From NCBI GenBank assembly GCA_002269645.1, contig NIVC01003452.1, positions 1-37,273 on the forward strand: a stretch of DNA of 37,273 bases. The letters run 5' to 3'. This document shows positions 16,900 to 27,915 of this stretch, piece by piece. The notes under the pieces were generated by a model, which saw only the letters and a program-made list of their open reading frames with translations, was not told the DNA's origin and searched no databases. The translations under genes were made by a program, and so were the position numbers. The stretch's first letter is position 1. Every line of letters starts with the position of its first letter. The DNA comes from Macrostomum lignano. Lineage: Eukaryota.

Positions 16900-17770
16900 C
16901 CTCGGTTACTGGGCCAGCCTCCCAGGTCCTCAGTTGCTGGGCCAGACTCCCAGAGTGTCACTTGCTGGGTCAGCCTCCCAGCTCCTCAGTTGCTGGGCCA
17001 GCCTCCCAGAGTGTCAGTTGCTGGGTCAGCCTCCCAGATCCTCAGTTGCTAGCCAGCCTCCCAGAGTGTCAGTTGCTAGGTCAGCCTCCCAGCTCCTCAG
17101 TTGCTGGGCCAGCCTCCCAGATCCTCAGTTACTGGGCCAGCCTCCCAGATCCTCAGTTGCTGAGCCAGCCTCCCAGAGTGTCAGTTGCTAGCCAGCCTCC
17201 CAGAGTGTCAGTTGCTAGGTCAGCCTCCCAGCTCCTCAGTTGCTAGGCCAGCCTCCCAGATCCTCAGTTGCTGAGCCAGCCTCCCAGCTCCTCAGTTGCT
17301 GAGCCAGCCTCCCAGCTCCTCAGTTGCTGAGCCAGCTTCCCAGCTCCTCAGTTGCTGAGCCAGCCTCCCAGCTCCTCAGTTGCTAGGCCAGCCTCCCAGA
17401 TCCTCAGTTGCTGAGCCAGCCTCCCAGCTCCTCAGTTGCTGAGCCAGCCTCCCAGCTCCTCAGTTGCTGAGCCAGCCTCCCAGATCCTCAGTTGCTGAGC
17501 CAGCCTCCCAGATCCTCAGTTGCTGGGCCAGCCTCCCAGAGTGTCAGTTGCTGGGTCAGCCTCCCAGAGTGTCAGTTGCTAGCCAGCCTCCCAGATCCTC
17601 AGTTGCTAGCCAGCCTCCCAGATCCTCAGTTGCTAGCCAGCCTCCCAGAGTGTCAGTTGCTAGGTCAGCCTCCCAGCTCCTCAGTTGCTGGGCCAGCCTC
17701 CCAGATCCTCAGTTACTGGGTCAGCCTCCCAAATCCCCAGTTGCTGGGCCAGCCCAGATCCTCAGTTGCT
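16900..17770. repeat. 27/28-bp minisatellite directly upstream of the first caspase coding exon
   Basis: Unit GCCAGCCTCCCAG(A/C)TCCTCAGTTGCTGA, with variant ...CCCAGAGTGTCAGTTGCT... Confidence 0.95.
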
Positions 17771-17853
17771 GGGCCACAGCGTTCCCTAGATCCTCTCCCG
17801 AAGTCACAAGCCCGAGTGCATATCTTGCAGCAGCTGCAGCTCGGAGCCGCGGA

Positions 17854-18253
17854 ATGAACCAGGCACCCTTTGCGGACTCGGTGCCGGTGGCCCAGACGGA
17901 AGCGCGCAGCCTGCTGGACTCGCCATGCCTCAACCAGCTGTTCTGCAGCTCCGCTCTTCTTGGCAGCATTGAAGATGCCGCCTTTCTTCTTGCCGGCAGC
18001 TGCCCGCAGTTGCCTCGCCGGTTCGACTTCTGGCGTCGGTTGGTCGCCAACGGCTGGCCCGAACTGCGCCGGATTCTCGTTGAACAGCTGGACGGTGGCG
18101 CGGACGGTAGCAAAGCTGTCAGGCTCCTGGCCGAAGTGCTGCAGGCGCTGGGCGCCGAGTTTCCAGCCGCCCTGCTGCGCCAGGCCGATTGCTCCGCTGA
18201 GTGGTGAATGATGTGTCTGTCTGTCTGTCTGTCTGTCTGCCTTACTGTCTGCC

Positions 18254-18286
<33 letters not shown>

Positions 18287-18325
18287 GCCTGTCTGTCTGT
18301 CTGTCTGCCTTACTGTCTGCCTGAC

Positions 18326-18378
<53 letters not shown>

Positions 18379-18397
18379 GCCTTACTGTCTGCCTGAC

Positions 18398-18454
<57 letters not shown>

Positions 18455-18473
18455 GCCTTACTGTCTGCCTGAC

Positions 18474-18522
<49 letters not shown>

Positions 18523-18541
18523 GCCTTACTGTCTGCCTGAC

Positions 18542-18590
<49 letters not shown>

Positions 18591-20175
18591 GCCTGTCTGT
18601 TTGTATCCCTGGCGTTAAACTTTTTAGAATGAGTTTTGACACTTTATTTTTGCAGCTCAACAGAGGTAGCGCCTCCCCGCCTGCTGCGGCGCCATCTGGA
18701 CCTGTACAAGGCGCTGGCCCCCTACGACGAAACCGTCTGCTGCCGGCGGCTTCGGCGCAGTCTGGCTATGCAACCCTGGTGGACCAGACGGAATACCGAT
18801 CTTGTGCAAGCCTACCCCTGCTCCTCAGCCATGCTTCTTCTGTTATCCATCCACTACCGGGAGTCGCCGCACCAGACGGTTGTCGAATTCGTACGTCGCG
18901 TCCTTCAAACTGGTATGCTGTCTTTGCTTAAACATGTTGTTAGTAGACATTGGCTAAGTGACTCACGTAAACATATTTCGTCATAGGTACCTGATGACGT
19001 CATTGTGAAGCTTTGTCACTTTGTCATTATGAAATGTTGATACTATAAATAGCAACCTGACGTCATTTTGAAATGTTGATACTATAAATAGCAACCTGAC
19101 GTCATTTTGAAATGTTGATACTATAAATAGCAACCTGACGTCATTTTTGAAATGTTGATACTATAAATAGCAACCTGTCGTCATTTTTGAAATGTTGATA
19201 CTATAAATAGCAACCTGTCGTCATTTTTAAGTCTTGATGCTTAAAATCTAATAATCACCTCTCTTTTCGCAATGCACATTCGCGTACATAAAAGTAAATA
19301 TTTAAATTTGTTAAAATTAGTTTTTATTTACTTTCCGATTTTTAATTACAGACGATGCCGAGCCGCCATCAGCTGAATTAAGGCCAGTACATCCGGCGCC
19401 AAGTCCAGCTGCTAGGCCTGTTGGCCTATGCTGCATACTCAACATTGACCGCTACGAGCAAGCCGATGCGCCTACACAATTCCACAGGCGCCAAGGCAGC
19501 GCACGTGACGTGGAGAACATATCTCGGGTGTTCAAGAAGCTCGGCTATCAGATTTTACGCAGTCCCAATACTACTGACGAGCCCGACCTGCTAATGACTC
19601 GTGAGAAGTGCATCGACTTTCGTGACGAATGCTTCGACGAGTTTGGCGCTGGTGCGTACACCAGCTTCGTCATGTTCGTGATGGGCCACGGGAAAGATGC
19701 GCACGATGTGCTGACTGCAGATAACCAGACTCTGCACTGCATCACGGATCTAGTGAACCTGACGTGCTCGCAGCCAATGTTCAGTCGCCAACCGAAGCTG
19801 TTCGTGTTTCAATTCTGTCGCGGCGAATTTGTGAACTTCTACACTGACGGACCGTCGCAGGAGCAGTCGCAGCCGGGAACTCCAGCTGGGCATTTGCAGA
19901 TGAACAGAAGCTACACTGAGGTGTACCAGTGCTATGCCACCCTGCCTTCTTACAAAGCCATGCGCAGTGGTGATCTGGGCTCATTCTTTATCCACTATCT
20001 GTGTGGGTACGCCGAGGCTCAAATTGAAGCTCACCGACCCGTGATGCTGAATGAGCTGATGGCCAGCGTCAACAGACAGCTCACCGAACAGAAAGCTGAT
20101 GGCATTCCTTTGCAGCCCGTCGAGGTGAAAAAGTGGGGCTGCTCAGAGCCAGACTTGCGGTTGAATGCTCACTGA
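17854..20175 (+). CDS. Caspase (peptidase C14A) with long N-terminal prodomain; join(17854..18203,18656..18912,19352..20175), ~476 aa
   Basis: Exon 3 reads GLCCILNIDRY...RRQGSARDVENISRVFKKLGY...FVMFVMGHG (catalytic His)...QPKLFVFQFCRGE (catalytic Cys)...YATLPSYKAMR...GSFFIHYLC...LNELMASVNRQL...QP, covering both p20 and p10 motifs. Introns 18204-18655 (phase 2) and 18913-19351 (phase 1) are GT-AG and phase-compatible. The start at ATG 17854 is less certain because acceptor-like TATCTTGCAG ends at 17830. Confidence 0.9.
18214..18600. repeat. (TCTG)n microsatellite, caspase intron 1
   Basis: Fills most of the intron, with periodic GCCTTACT interruptions. Confidence 0.96.
19031..19228. repeat. 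39/40-bp minisatellite, 5 copies, caspase intron 2
   Basis: Unit GAAATGTTGATACTATAAATAGCAACCTGACGTCATTTT. Confidence 0.94.
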
Positions 20176-20284
20176 TTCTTCGTGACGTCATCCCGGTTTT
20201 ACGCTTTGTTGCGTGAGCTACAAGTTGTGTGTGATAACTGGCATGCTCTCGACACTGTCAATTCCCATAATTCCAATCAGGATT

Positions 20285-20720
20285 GCTCATAATCATCATT
20301 CCGATTCCCATAATCCCAATCCCGATTCCCATAATCTCAATCCTGATTCCCATGATCCCAATCCTTATTCTCACTATCCCAATCCCGATTCCCATGATCC
20401 CAATCCTTATTCTCACTATCCCAATCCCGATTCCCATGATCCCAATCCTTATTCTCACTATCCCAATCCCGATTCCCATGATCCCAATCCTTATTCTCAC
20501 TATTTCAATCCTGATTCCCATAATCTCAATCCCGATTCCCATGATCCCAATCCTTATTCTCACTATCCCAATCCCGATTCCCATGATCCCAATCCTTATT
20601 CTCACTATTTCAATCCTGATTCCCATAATCTCAATCCCGATTCCCATGATCCCAATCCTTATTCTCACTATCCCAATCCCGATTCCCATAATCTCAATCC
20701 TGATTCCCATAATCCCAATC
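20285..20720. repeat. 21-bp minisatellite with 42/63-bp higher-order structure
   Basis: Variants GATTCCCATGATCCCAATCCT, TATTCTCACTATCCCAATCCC and GATTCCCATAATCTCAATCCT alternate. Confidence 0.93.
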
Positions 20721-21064
20721 AGTTTATTGTATGAATTAAATTCAACTTGGTTAGCCTCTATTAATTGTATTAAGATTGCACTAAGAAAAATATATAAAAA
20801 AATTGTTTCAAGACAGTGATGTGATTTTCATAGGATAATACGATGAATTTATAAATTAAACAAATAAATTGCGTTATTGAACCTATTTTTTGACTCTTAA
20901 TTTTGACAGGTTTCAGCTCATAATAAAAGTAGATATCTACATTTTGGCTTCCGCTTCAAGGCGTTGCTCAACTTTTCTTAGTTCCCCGTTTTAAACCCTG
21001 TAAAATTAAAAGTAAAAGCTAAAAACCTCTGTTCCAGTTTTTCTGGAAACCAGTTCCCATTCTG

Positions 21065-21795
21065 AACCCATCCCGGTTCCCCCTCGGAAGCCATCCCCAG
21101 TTCCCTCTCGGAAGCCATCCCCAGTTCCCTCTCGGAAGCCATCCCCAGTTCCACCTCGGAAGCCATCCCCAGTTCCACCTCGGAAGCCATCCCCAGTTCC
21201 ACCTCGGAAGCCATCCCCAGTTCCCTCTCGGAAGCCCTCGGAAGCCATCCCAAGTTCCGCCTTGGAAGCCATTCCCAGTTCCGCCTCAGAAGCCCTCGGA
21301 AGCCATTCCCAGTTCCGCCTCAGAAGCCCTCGTAAGCCATTCCCAGTTCCGCCTCAGAAGCCCTCGGAAGCCATTCCCAGTTCCGCCTCAGAAGCCCTCG
21401 TAAGCCATTCCCAGTTCCGCCTCAGAAGCCCTCGGAAGCCATCCCAAGTTCCGCCTCAGAAGCCCTCGTAAGCCATTCCCAGTTCCGCCTCAGAAGCCCT
21501 CGGAAGCCATCCCAAGTTCCGCCTCAGAAGCCCTCGTAAGCCATTCCCAGTTCCGCCTCAGAAGCCCTCGTAAGCCATTCCCAGTTCCGCCTCAGAAGCC
21601 CTCGGAAGCCATCCCAAGTTCCACCTCAGAAGCCCTCGTAAGCCATTCCCAGTTCCGCCTCAGAAGCCCTCGGAAGCCATCCCAAGTTCCACCTCAGAAG
21701 CCCTCGTAAGCCATTCCCAGTTCCGCCTCGAAAGCCATCCCAGTTCCTCCTCGGAAGCCATCCCTAGTTCCGCCTCGGAAGCCATCCCCAGTTCC
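21065..21795. repeat. Compound minisatellite: 24-bp units changing to 34-bp units
   Basis: CGGAAGCCATCCCCAGTTCCCTCT (24 bp), then CGGAAGCCATTCCCAGTTCCGCCTCAGAAGCCCT (34 bp). Confidence 0.94.
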
Positions 21796-22499
21796 CCTAA
21801 AAGCCAATCCAACTTTCCAACTTTTCTTTCAGCGCTGTGACAGAAATTATTTTTAACCCATTCTGCGCAAATTTCCGTCATGAGTAGTTCAGCATCCCGC
21901 TTGTTCTGTAAACAACAACCTTAGGCTGCACGAACAAACAGCAATTCAGAGTATCCACTCAAATCTCTCAAGTCACTCACACTTCATAATTTCGGCAGTT
22001 AACGCTGAAAATCGATTATAAGCACATTCTGTATGTTTACATGCACTTCAGTTGTGCACTACAATTTCAAAGCCTGTATGGCAAAGGTAAAAAGATTCTA
22101 TTTAAAGAGATTTTCAGCAAACAGATCTTACAATTATTTGGGGCTTGAGAAGCAACAAAAGGAAGATTCTGCGTAGCGAGGCTCCGCTCTGCTTCATCTT
22201 CTCTGTTAAAACTGTCAGCTTCCTCACTAGAGTTGCCCGCTGTTAAAGAGTTATGAATTATTCATTATGAATACGAGTTGACTGGAGTGGCGCGCATCCA
22301 GTGTGAGGACGGCGGGTTGCCAGGCTGAGTGACTGCGTGTGCAGGCTGCGTGGCGACTGGCGAAATTAAATTGCGGATGGGGTGGGTGTTCGTTTTTACT
22401 GCCTCTGGTAGGGGTGTGGCCCATCCGGTGTGGAGGCTGCTCCTGTGAGCCATGGACCTCTGCGATACCTGGACAGGGGTAGGGAGTAGGCGATTAGTA

Positions 22500-22785
22500 G
22501 GATTGGGATTATGGGAATCAGGATTGGGATTATGGGAATCAGGATTGGGATTATGGGAATCAGGATTGGGATTATGGGAATCAGGATTGGGATTATGGGA
22601 ATCAGGATTGGGATTATGGGAATCAGGATTGGGATTATGGGAATCAGGATTGGGATTATGGGAATCAGGATTGGTATTATTGGAATAGGGATTGGGATTA
22701 TGGGAATCAGGATTGGGATTATGGGAATCAGGATTGGGATTATTGGAATAGGGATTGGGATTATTGGAATCGGGATTGGGATTAT
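22500..22785. repeat. 21-bp minisatellite, reverse complement of the 20285-20720 unit
   Basis: Unit GGATTGGGATTATGGGAATCA. Confidence 0.95.
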
Positions 22786-23324
22786 TACTAACGTAAACAT
22801 ATTTTCGAGAAAGTGTTAGAAAATATTCAAATTTTAAACTCGTTAGAACGCCTTTGAAAGGGTACAGTCCAAAGATAATAGTTTGTTGATCCACTTTGTC
22901 TCAAACGTGAACTCGCAACTAGAAGGGTTTAGGGTAGATTTAGCCATGTTTCCAGTCCTCCAGTATGCAGAGGTCCTTGGCATTCTAGTAAGCTCAACGC
23001 GTTGCAGATGGATTGACTTTTAGCCTTTTTTCCACTGTACTAAAATATTTTAATAAGATTTCAAGTACTGGCACGGTTGGAAAACAACACACAATAGCTA
23101 GAATGGGAATCCGGTGCAAAGCCACTCTAGCATGCCGTAGTTGAGTCTGAGTAAGTTTTCCCCGTGCATAAGCGTGACCGGCAATAATTGCAATCGTGCC
23201 TTGGCGGTAGAGGTAAAGGACTATTTTACCCCTTTATTTGCTGCTTCCCTAACTGGGAGAAAAAGAGTAGATATACCCATGAATGATTGAAAAAATGATT
23301 CGACGGACGGGTGGATGATTGCGG

Positions 23325-23405
23325 AGATGATTAGATGTATCGATGAATGATTGAATAGATGATTAGATGTATCGATGAATGATTGCATAGATGACTAGAT
23401 GTACA
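23325..23405. repeat. Short 32-bp tandem repeat, ~2.5 copies
   Basis: Unit GATGATTAGATGTATCGATGAATGATTGAATA. Confidence 0.75.
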
Positions 23406-23912
23406 GAGGATTGGTTGATTAGTTGCACATATTGAGGATCAAATATTTCAACAGGAAATGTTTTGCTTCAACTGAGCCTCTATATTAGGAAGTGAATATT
23501 CCTGACTATACGGGGTATTAACTTTGCTGTCAATAAGAGGTATTGAATTGTACGCATTAAGTTGGAGCGCAACGCGATTGGGATATACAACTGCTGCATC
23601 TGCATGAAGTAGGGAATTAACAATATGGTTGCTGAGTTTGTAGGAGGGGGTGGAAGTTTCTGGAAGCAACTGAGGGCTGCATGAGGGAAGCTGGAGATAA
23701 TGAGGAAAAATCGCTACACAACAGAGGGGTTGGCCTGCCAGAGGGATAGGCAGAAGTGCGCAGACCCTGGCCGTGTGTATTTGGCCTCGGCCCTAGCAAC
23801 GGCAAAGCAGAAAGAGAAGAGGAGGTTTGGGTGGTGGGCAGTTTTCTAGTGGATTTATTTTGCTTCTCAACGCACCCGGGAAGGCCGGACACGGAGCTGA
23901 CCAGAGCCAGAA

Positions 23913-26900
23913 ATGCCCGAACCAGCGGCTGCAACTCAGAAGCCAGCGACGCCGTCTGTCAAGAAGGCGGTGCCGCAGTCCGCCGCCAGTGGCGTTAGCA
24001 ACAAAACTAACGCTAGCGGCAACCTGGCTAAAGGCTCCAATGCTAACAGCGGTAAGCGAGGCAGCGTTGCCAGCGTCCCGCCGGTTTCTGCTGCCGCCTC
24101 AAGTGTTGCCAAGCAGCAGAAGCAGCAGCCTGTCCCAGTCGAGACAGTTGCGGAGCCGACAACCTTGGCAAAGCGCGCCTCATCAGTGAGCACCCTGCAG
24201 CCGGTGCGGCCGAGCAGCGGTCATTCGAAAACCAGCAGCAGCGGAGGCGGTGGCTCCATCGGCGGCATCACAGAGGAGATCGAAGTTGTGTTCCTAGAGG
24301 AGCTGGATAAGAAATACGAGTGCCCAGTCTGCAGCCAGGTGCTCCGCTACCCGGTGCAGTTTGACGAATGCGGACACCGGTGCTGCAGCTCCTGTCTGCC
24401 CGAATTGCTCAGGTAATTCTACCCGGTTGCTAAGGACCGAGAGTGCATTGTCTTGTTATTGTCTTAAGACAGTTTGTTGACGGTAAAAATATCTGTCTCT
24501 AAGAAACAGAGTTGGTTGCTTGTTGATGTTGGCTCATTTTTTAGTGAGCAGATAGCTGCTCAGTAGTGAGCAGATAGCGGCTCAGTAGTGAGTAGATAGC
24601 GGCTCAGTAGTGAGCAGATAGCGACTCAGTGGTGAGTAGATAGCTGCTCAGTAGTGAGTAGATAGCGGCTCAGTAGTGAGTAGATAGCGGCTCAGTAGTG
24701 AGCAGATAGCGACTCAGTGGTGAGTAGATAGCGGCTCAGTAGTGAGTAGATAGCGGCTCAGTAGTGAGTAGATTGTACTCGTATCTGACTCAACGAGCAG
24801 TGGATGGCTTCATCAACCTATTCTATCACACAGCCTCACAATTTTACCTGTCCGTTGTCAGGGTGGCGCCCCGCTGTCCCCTGGACCAGATGCCCATCGA
24901 CAAGGACAAGGTGTACGCGGACAAAGCGTTCCAAGTTGAGACGGACAATTTAGGCGTCAAATGCAGCTTCTACGGCCGCGGCTGCAAGTGGACCGGCGTG
25001 CTCAAGGAGCTCATGGTAAGGTGTTGCGGATTCCTGAGTGACTTAGGCGTGCTTGTAGAGGGAGACTGAAGAATCATTCCAGAGTGACTCAGGACCGATT
25101 CCAGAGTGACTCAGGACCGATTCCAGAGTGACTCAGGACCGATTCCGGAGTGACTCAGGACTGATTCCGGAGTGACTCAGGACCGATTCCAGAGTGACTC
25201 AGGACTGATTCCAGAGTGACTGACGACTGATTGAGGTGGGACTGAGAAATAACTGTTTCATGCGATTATATGAACAAAATTATTTATGAACCCCTCAACC
25301 GCAGCCGCACCTGGAGTCCTGCGACCGCATGCACACGGTCTGCCTCATGCGCTGCGGAGCCGAATTCGAAAAACGCTTCCAGCAGAAGCATCGCGACGAG
25401 GACTGCCCGAAACGGCAGGTGATTTGCCAGTTCTGCGAGCTGTCAATGCTGGCTGAGACTGAGTCCGAGCATTCGGACGCCTGTCCGAAGTTCCCCGTGC
25501 CCTGTCCTAACAAGTGCAGCAAGGAGGTGACGCGGGAGACCCTGCAGGAGCATCTGGATAGCGACTGTCTGCAGCAGAGCCAGCCCTGCCCGTTCGCCAA
25601 CTACGGTTGCGCGCACACTGTGAGCGGCTGACTTACTTATCTGCCTTGCTTTTGGACTGTCTAATCACTTCTTGGTACATCTAGTCATCTCTGCAGTCAT
25701 TCATCGGTACATCTAGTCATCTCTGCAGTCATTCATCAGTACATCTAGTCATCTTTGCAGTCATTAATCGATACATCTAGTCATCTGTCCAATCATTGAC
25801 TGACTGCACCCTATAATCTGATCTAATCATTCACCTCTCTAGGGCAAGAAGCAGGAGCTGGCGGCCCACCTGAAGGAGAACCAGATCACCCACATGGAGC
25901 TGCTCTGCGTGGCCGTCAAGCGCAGCGAGGAGGCTCGCAACGAGAAGGAGCGCCTGGCCGCCGAGCTCACCAAAAAGTTGGCCGGCATTGAACGCCGAAT
26001 TGCCTGCCTAGAGAAGCTGTACGGACCGCAGCTGGTGTGGCGCATCGACTCGTATCAGGAGCGACTGGCCGAAGCTAAAAGCGGCAAGAAGACTACTCTA
26101 TTCAGCCCGCCGTTCCTCACGCACCGCTACGGGTACAAGCTGATCCTGTCCACCTGTTTATACGGCGATGGTCAGGGTAAGGTTGGAGAGTGTCTCAGCT
26201 GGTGGGGTCCAAGTACCCGCCTGTCTCCACCTCCTCTCACACCCACACGTCCCAGAAGTCGCAAAATTAGCAGCCCCTCAAACACCTCTCCCCAGAAGTC
26301 GCGCAAATAATTATCGCGATAATTATCAGCCCCTCAAACACCTCTCCCCAGAAGTCGCACAAATAATTATCAGCCCCTCAAACACCACTCCCCAGAAGTC
26401 GCACAAATAACAGCAGCCCCTCAAACACCTCTCCCCAGAAGTCGCACAAATAACTAGCAGCCCTCAAACATCTCCCCAGAAGTCGCACAAATAACTAGCA
26501 GCCCCTCAAACACCTCTCCCCAGAAGTCGCACAAATAACTAGCAGCCCTCAAACCTCTCCCCAGAAGTCGCACAAATAACAGCAGCCCCTCAAACACCTC
26601 TCCCCAGAAGTCGCACAAATAACTAGCAGCCCTCAAACCTCTCCCCAGAAGTCGCACAAATTATCAGCTCCCAAACATCAGCCCCTTTAAGCCCCCTTAA
26701 ATGTCATCATGTACGTGCTTGTACGCACTTTTCTAACGTCCTGAAGTTCAAGCATGAAAACAACACCCCAAACCTTTAGCGAAAGCCTCCAAGGTTTCCA
26801 CCTCTCCCTCGTTAAGTCTCTATCTGCAATATCTGCCATTCAAAGAGCAGTTAGCATCTGCCATCGCCCACTCCGCAGGCCGCGGCGAGTACATGTCGGT

Positions 26901-27207
26901 GTTCCTGTCCATCTGCAAGAGCGAAAATGATCCATTGCTAATTTGGCCATTTGGTCATCGCGTCACCATCTGGCTGCTGGACCAATGCGAGGACGTAAAG
27001 GCCAGACGGCACATTTGCTACTCTTTGAAGCCGAACACCTGCAAAGAGAACCGGCCTTTCTTAGGCCGCCCCACCGGCGAACGAAACGCCAGCTTTGGAG
27101 CGGTTAAATTTGTCCGACTGGAGACGCTGAATACGTTGGACTACATCAAGGACGACTCAATGTTTCTCAAAGTGCAAGTTGATTGCGAAGCACTTGTATC
27201 CCTGTGA
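23913..27207 (+). CDS. TRAF: TNF receptor-associated factor (TRAF) with RING, TRAF zinc fingers, coiled coil and MATH; join(23913..24412,24862..25015,25305..25619,25843..26176,26879..27207), 543 aa
   Basis: RING CPVCSQVLRYPVQFDECGHRCCSSCLPELLRVAPRCPLDQ; Zn fingers (HRDEDCPKRQVICQFC, HSDACPKFPVPCPNKC, HLDSDC...PCPFANYGC); MATH LVWRIDSY...LFSPPFLTHRYGYKL...LYGDGQGRGEYMSVFL...DPLLIWPF..RVTIWLLDQ...FG..KFV...YIKDDSMFLKVQVD. Four GT-AG introns are phase-compatible (2,0,0,1). The paralogue number is not assigned. Confidence 0.95.
24543..24772. repeat. 22-bp minisatellite, TRAF intron 1
   Basis: Unit AGTGAG(C/T)AGATAGCGGCTCAGT. Confidence 0.94.
25076..25222. repeat. 22-bp minisatellite, TRAF intron 2
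   Basis: Unit GATTCCAGAGTGACTCAGGACC. Confidence 0.93.
25676..25800. repeat. 32-bp minisatellite, TRAF intron 3
   Basis: Unit TACATCTAGTCATCTCTGCAGTCATTCATCGG. Confidence 0.9.
26250..26665. repeat. ~41-44-bp minisatellite, TRAF intron 4
   Basis: Unit CAGCCCCTCAAACACCTCTCCCCAGAAGTCGCACAAATAACTAG. Confidence 0.93.
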
Positions 27208-27489
27208 ATCGCTCATAATTAACTCAATTGATCGCTGCTAAAAGTACTAGGAAATAGGAATTAGCAATGGACACTCCGTTTCTTGAGAAGTTATATGAGG
27301 CCATATTTGCTTGGTAAAGTTTCTCTAAACTAATAAGTTTATCTTATTTAATTCAAAAAAGTAATTTATGAAAAGAAAAGCAGTTGCCTTGACTTGTAGG
27401 CGTAAACAACCGGCTATTGGTGCAGCCATACTGTACATTAGTCTTAGTCACCTCCACTGCCCACTGGAAATGTCACGTGGCACGCAGAT

Positions 27490-27915
27490 TTAGGCTGGAA
27501 TACGGCGGAAGGCAATAAAAATTGGGGGGTAGGGATTTTGTGCGGAAAGACGCGGTCGGAGGGGTTCAGTTGGGGAGGGGGTTGGGTGAGAGAGCCAATA
27601 AATGAGCCTAGATGATGTACATGGGAGCTTTAGCCTGGAACATCGAGGAAGGCAATAAAAGTGGGGGTAGGCCGGGGGTAGAGATTTTGTGCGGAAAGTC
27701 ACGGCCGGAGGGGTTCAAAACCGGGGGAGGCGGTCGGAGGGGTTCAAACCCGGGGGAGGGGTGAGAGAGCCAATAAGCGAGCCTTATTACCCTTATATAA
27801 TGCACATGACAACTTTAGACTGGAACACCGAGGAAGGCAATAAAATTGGGGCAGGCCGGGTTAGAGATCTTGTGCAAAAAGATTCAGGGGGGATGAGATA
27901 GATGGCCAATAAAAA
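27490..27915. repeat. Three diverged tandem copies of a G-rich ~100-185-bp unit
   Basis: Each copy begins TTTAG(G/C/A)CTGGAA..GGAAGGCAATAAAA and ends ..GCCAATAA; starts at ~27490, ~27629 and ~27814. Confidence 0.75.

Noticed and set aside
15898-18632. (CLSV)n and (SQPPRSSVA)n ORFs
   Set aside because: Microsatellite and minisatellite translations. Only 17854-18203 is retained as a caspase exon.
20213-22894. (NPDSHNP)n malaria-antigen-like and (GI)n ORFs; telomere-like appearance
   Set aside because: Translations of the 21-bp arrays; the unit is not a TTAGGG-type telomeric repeat.
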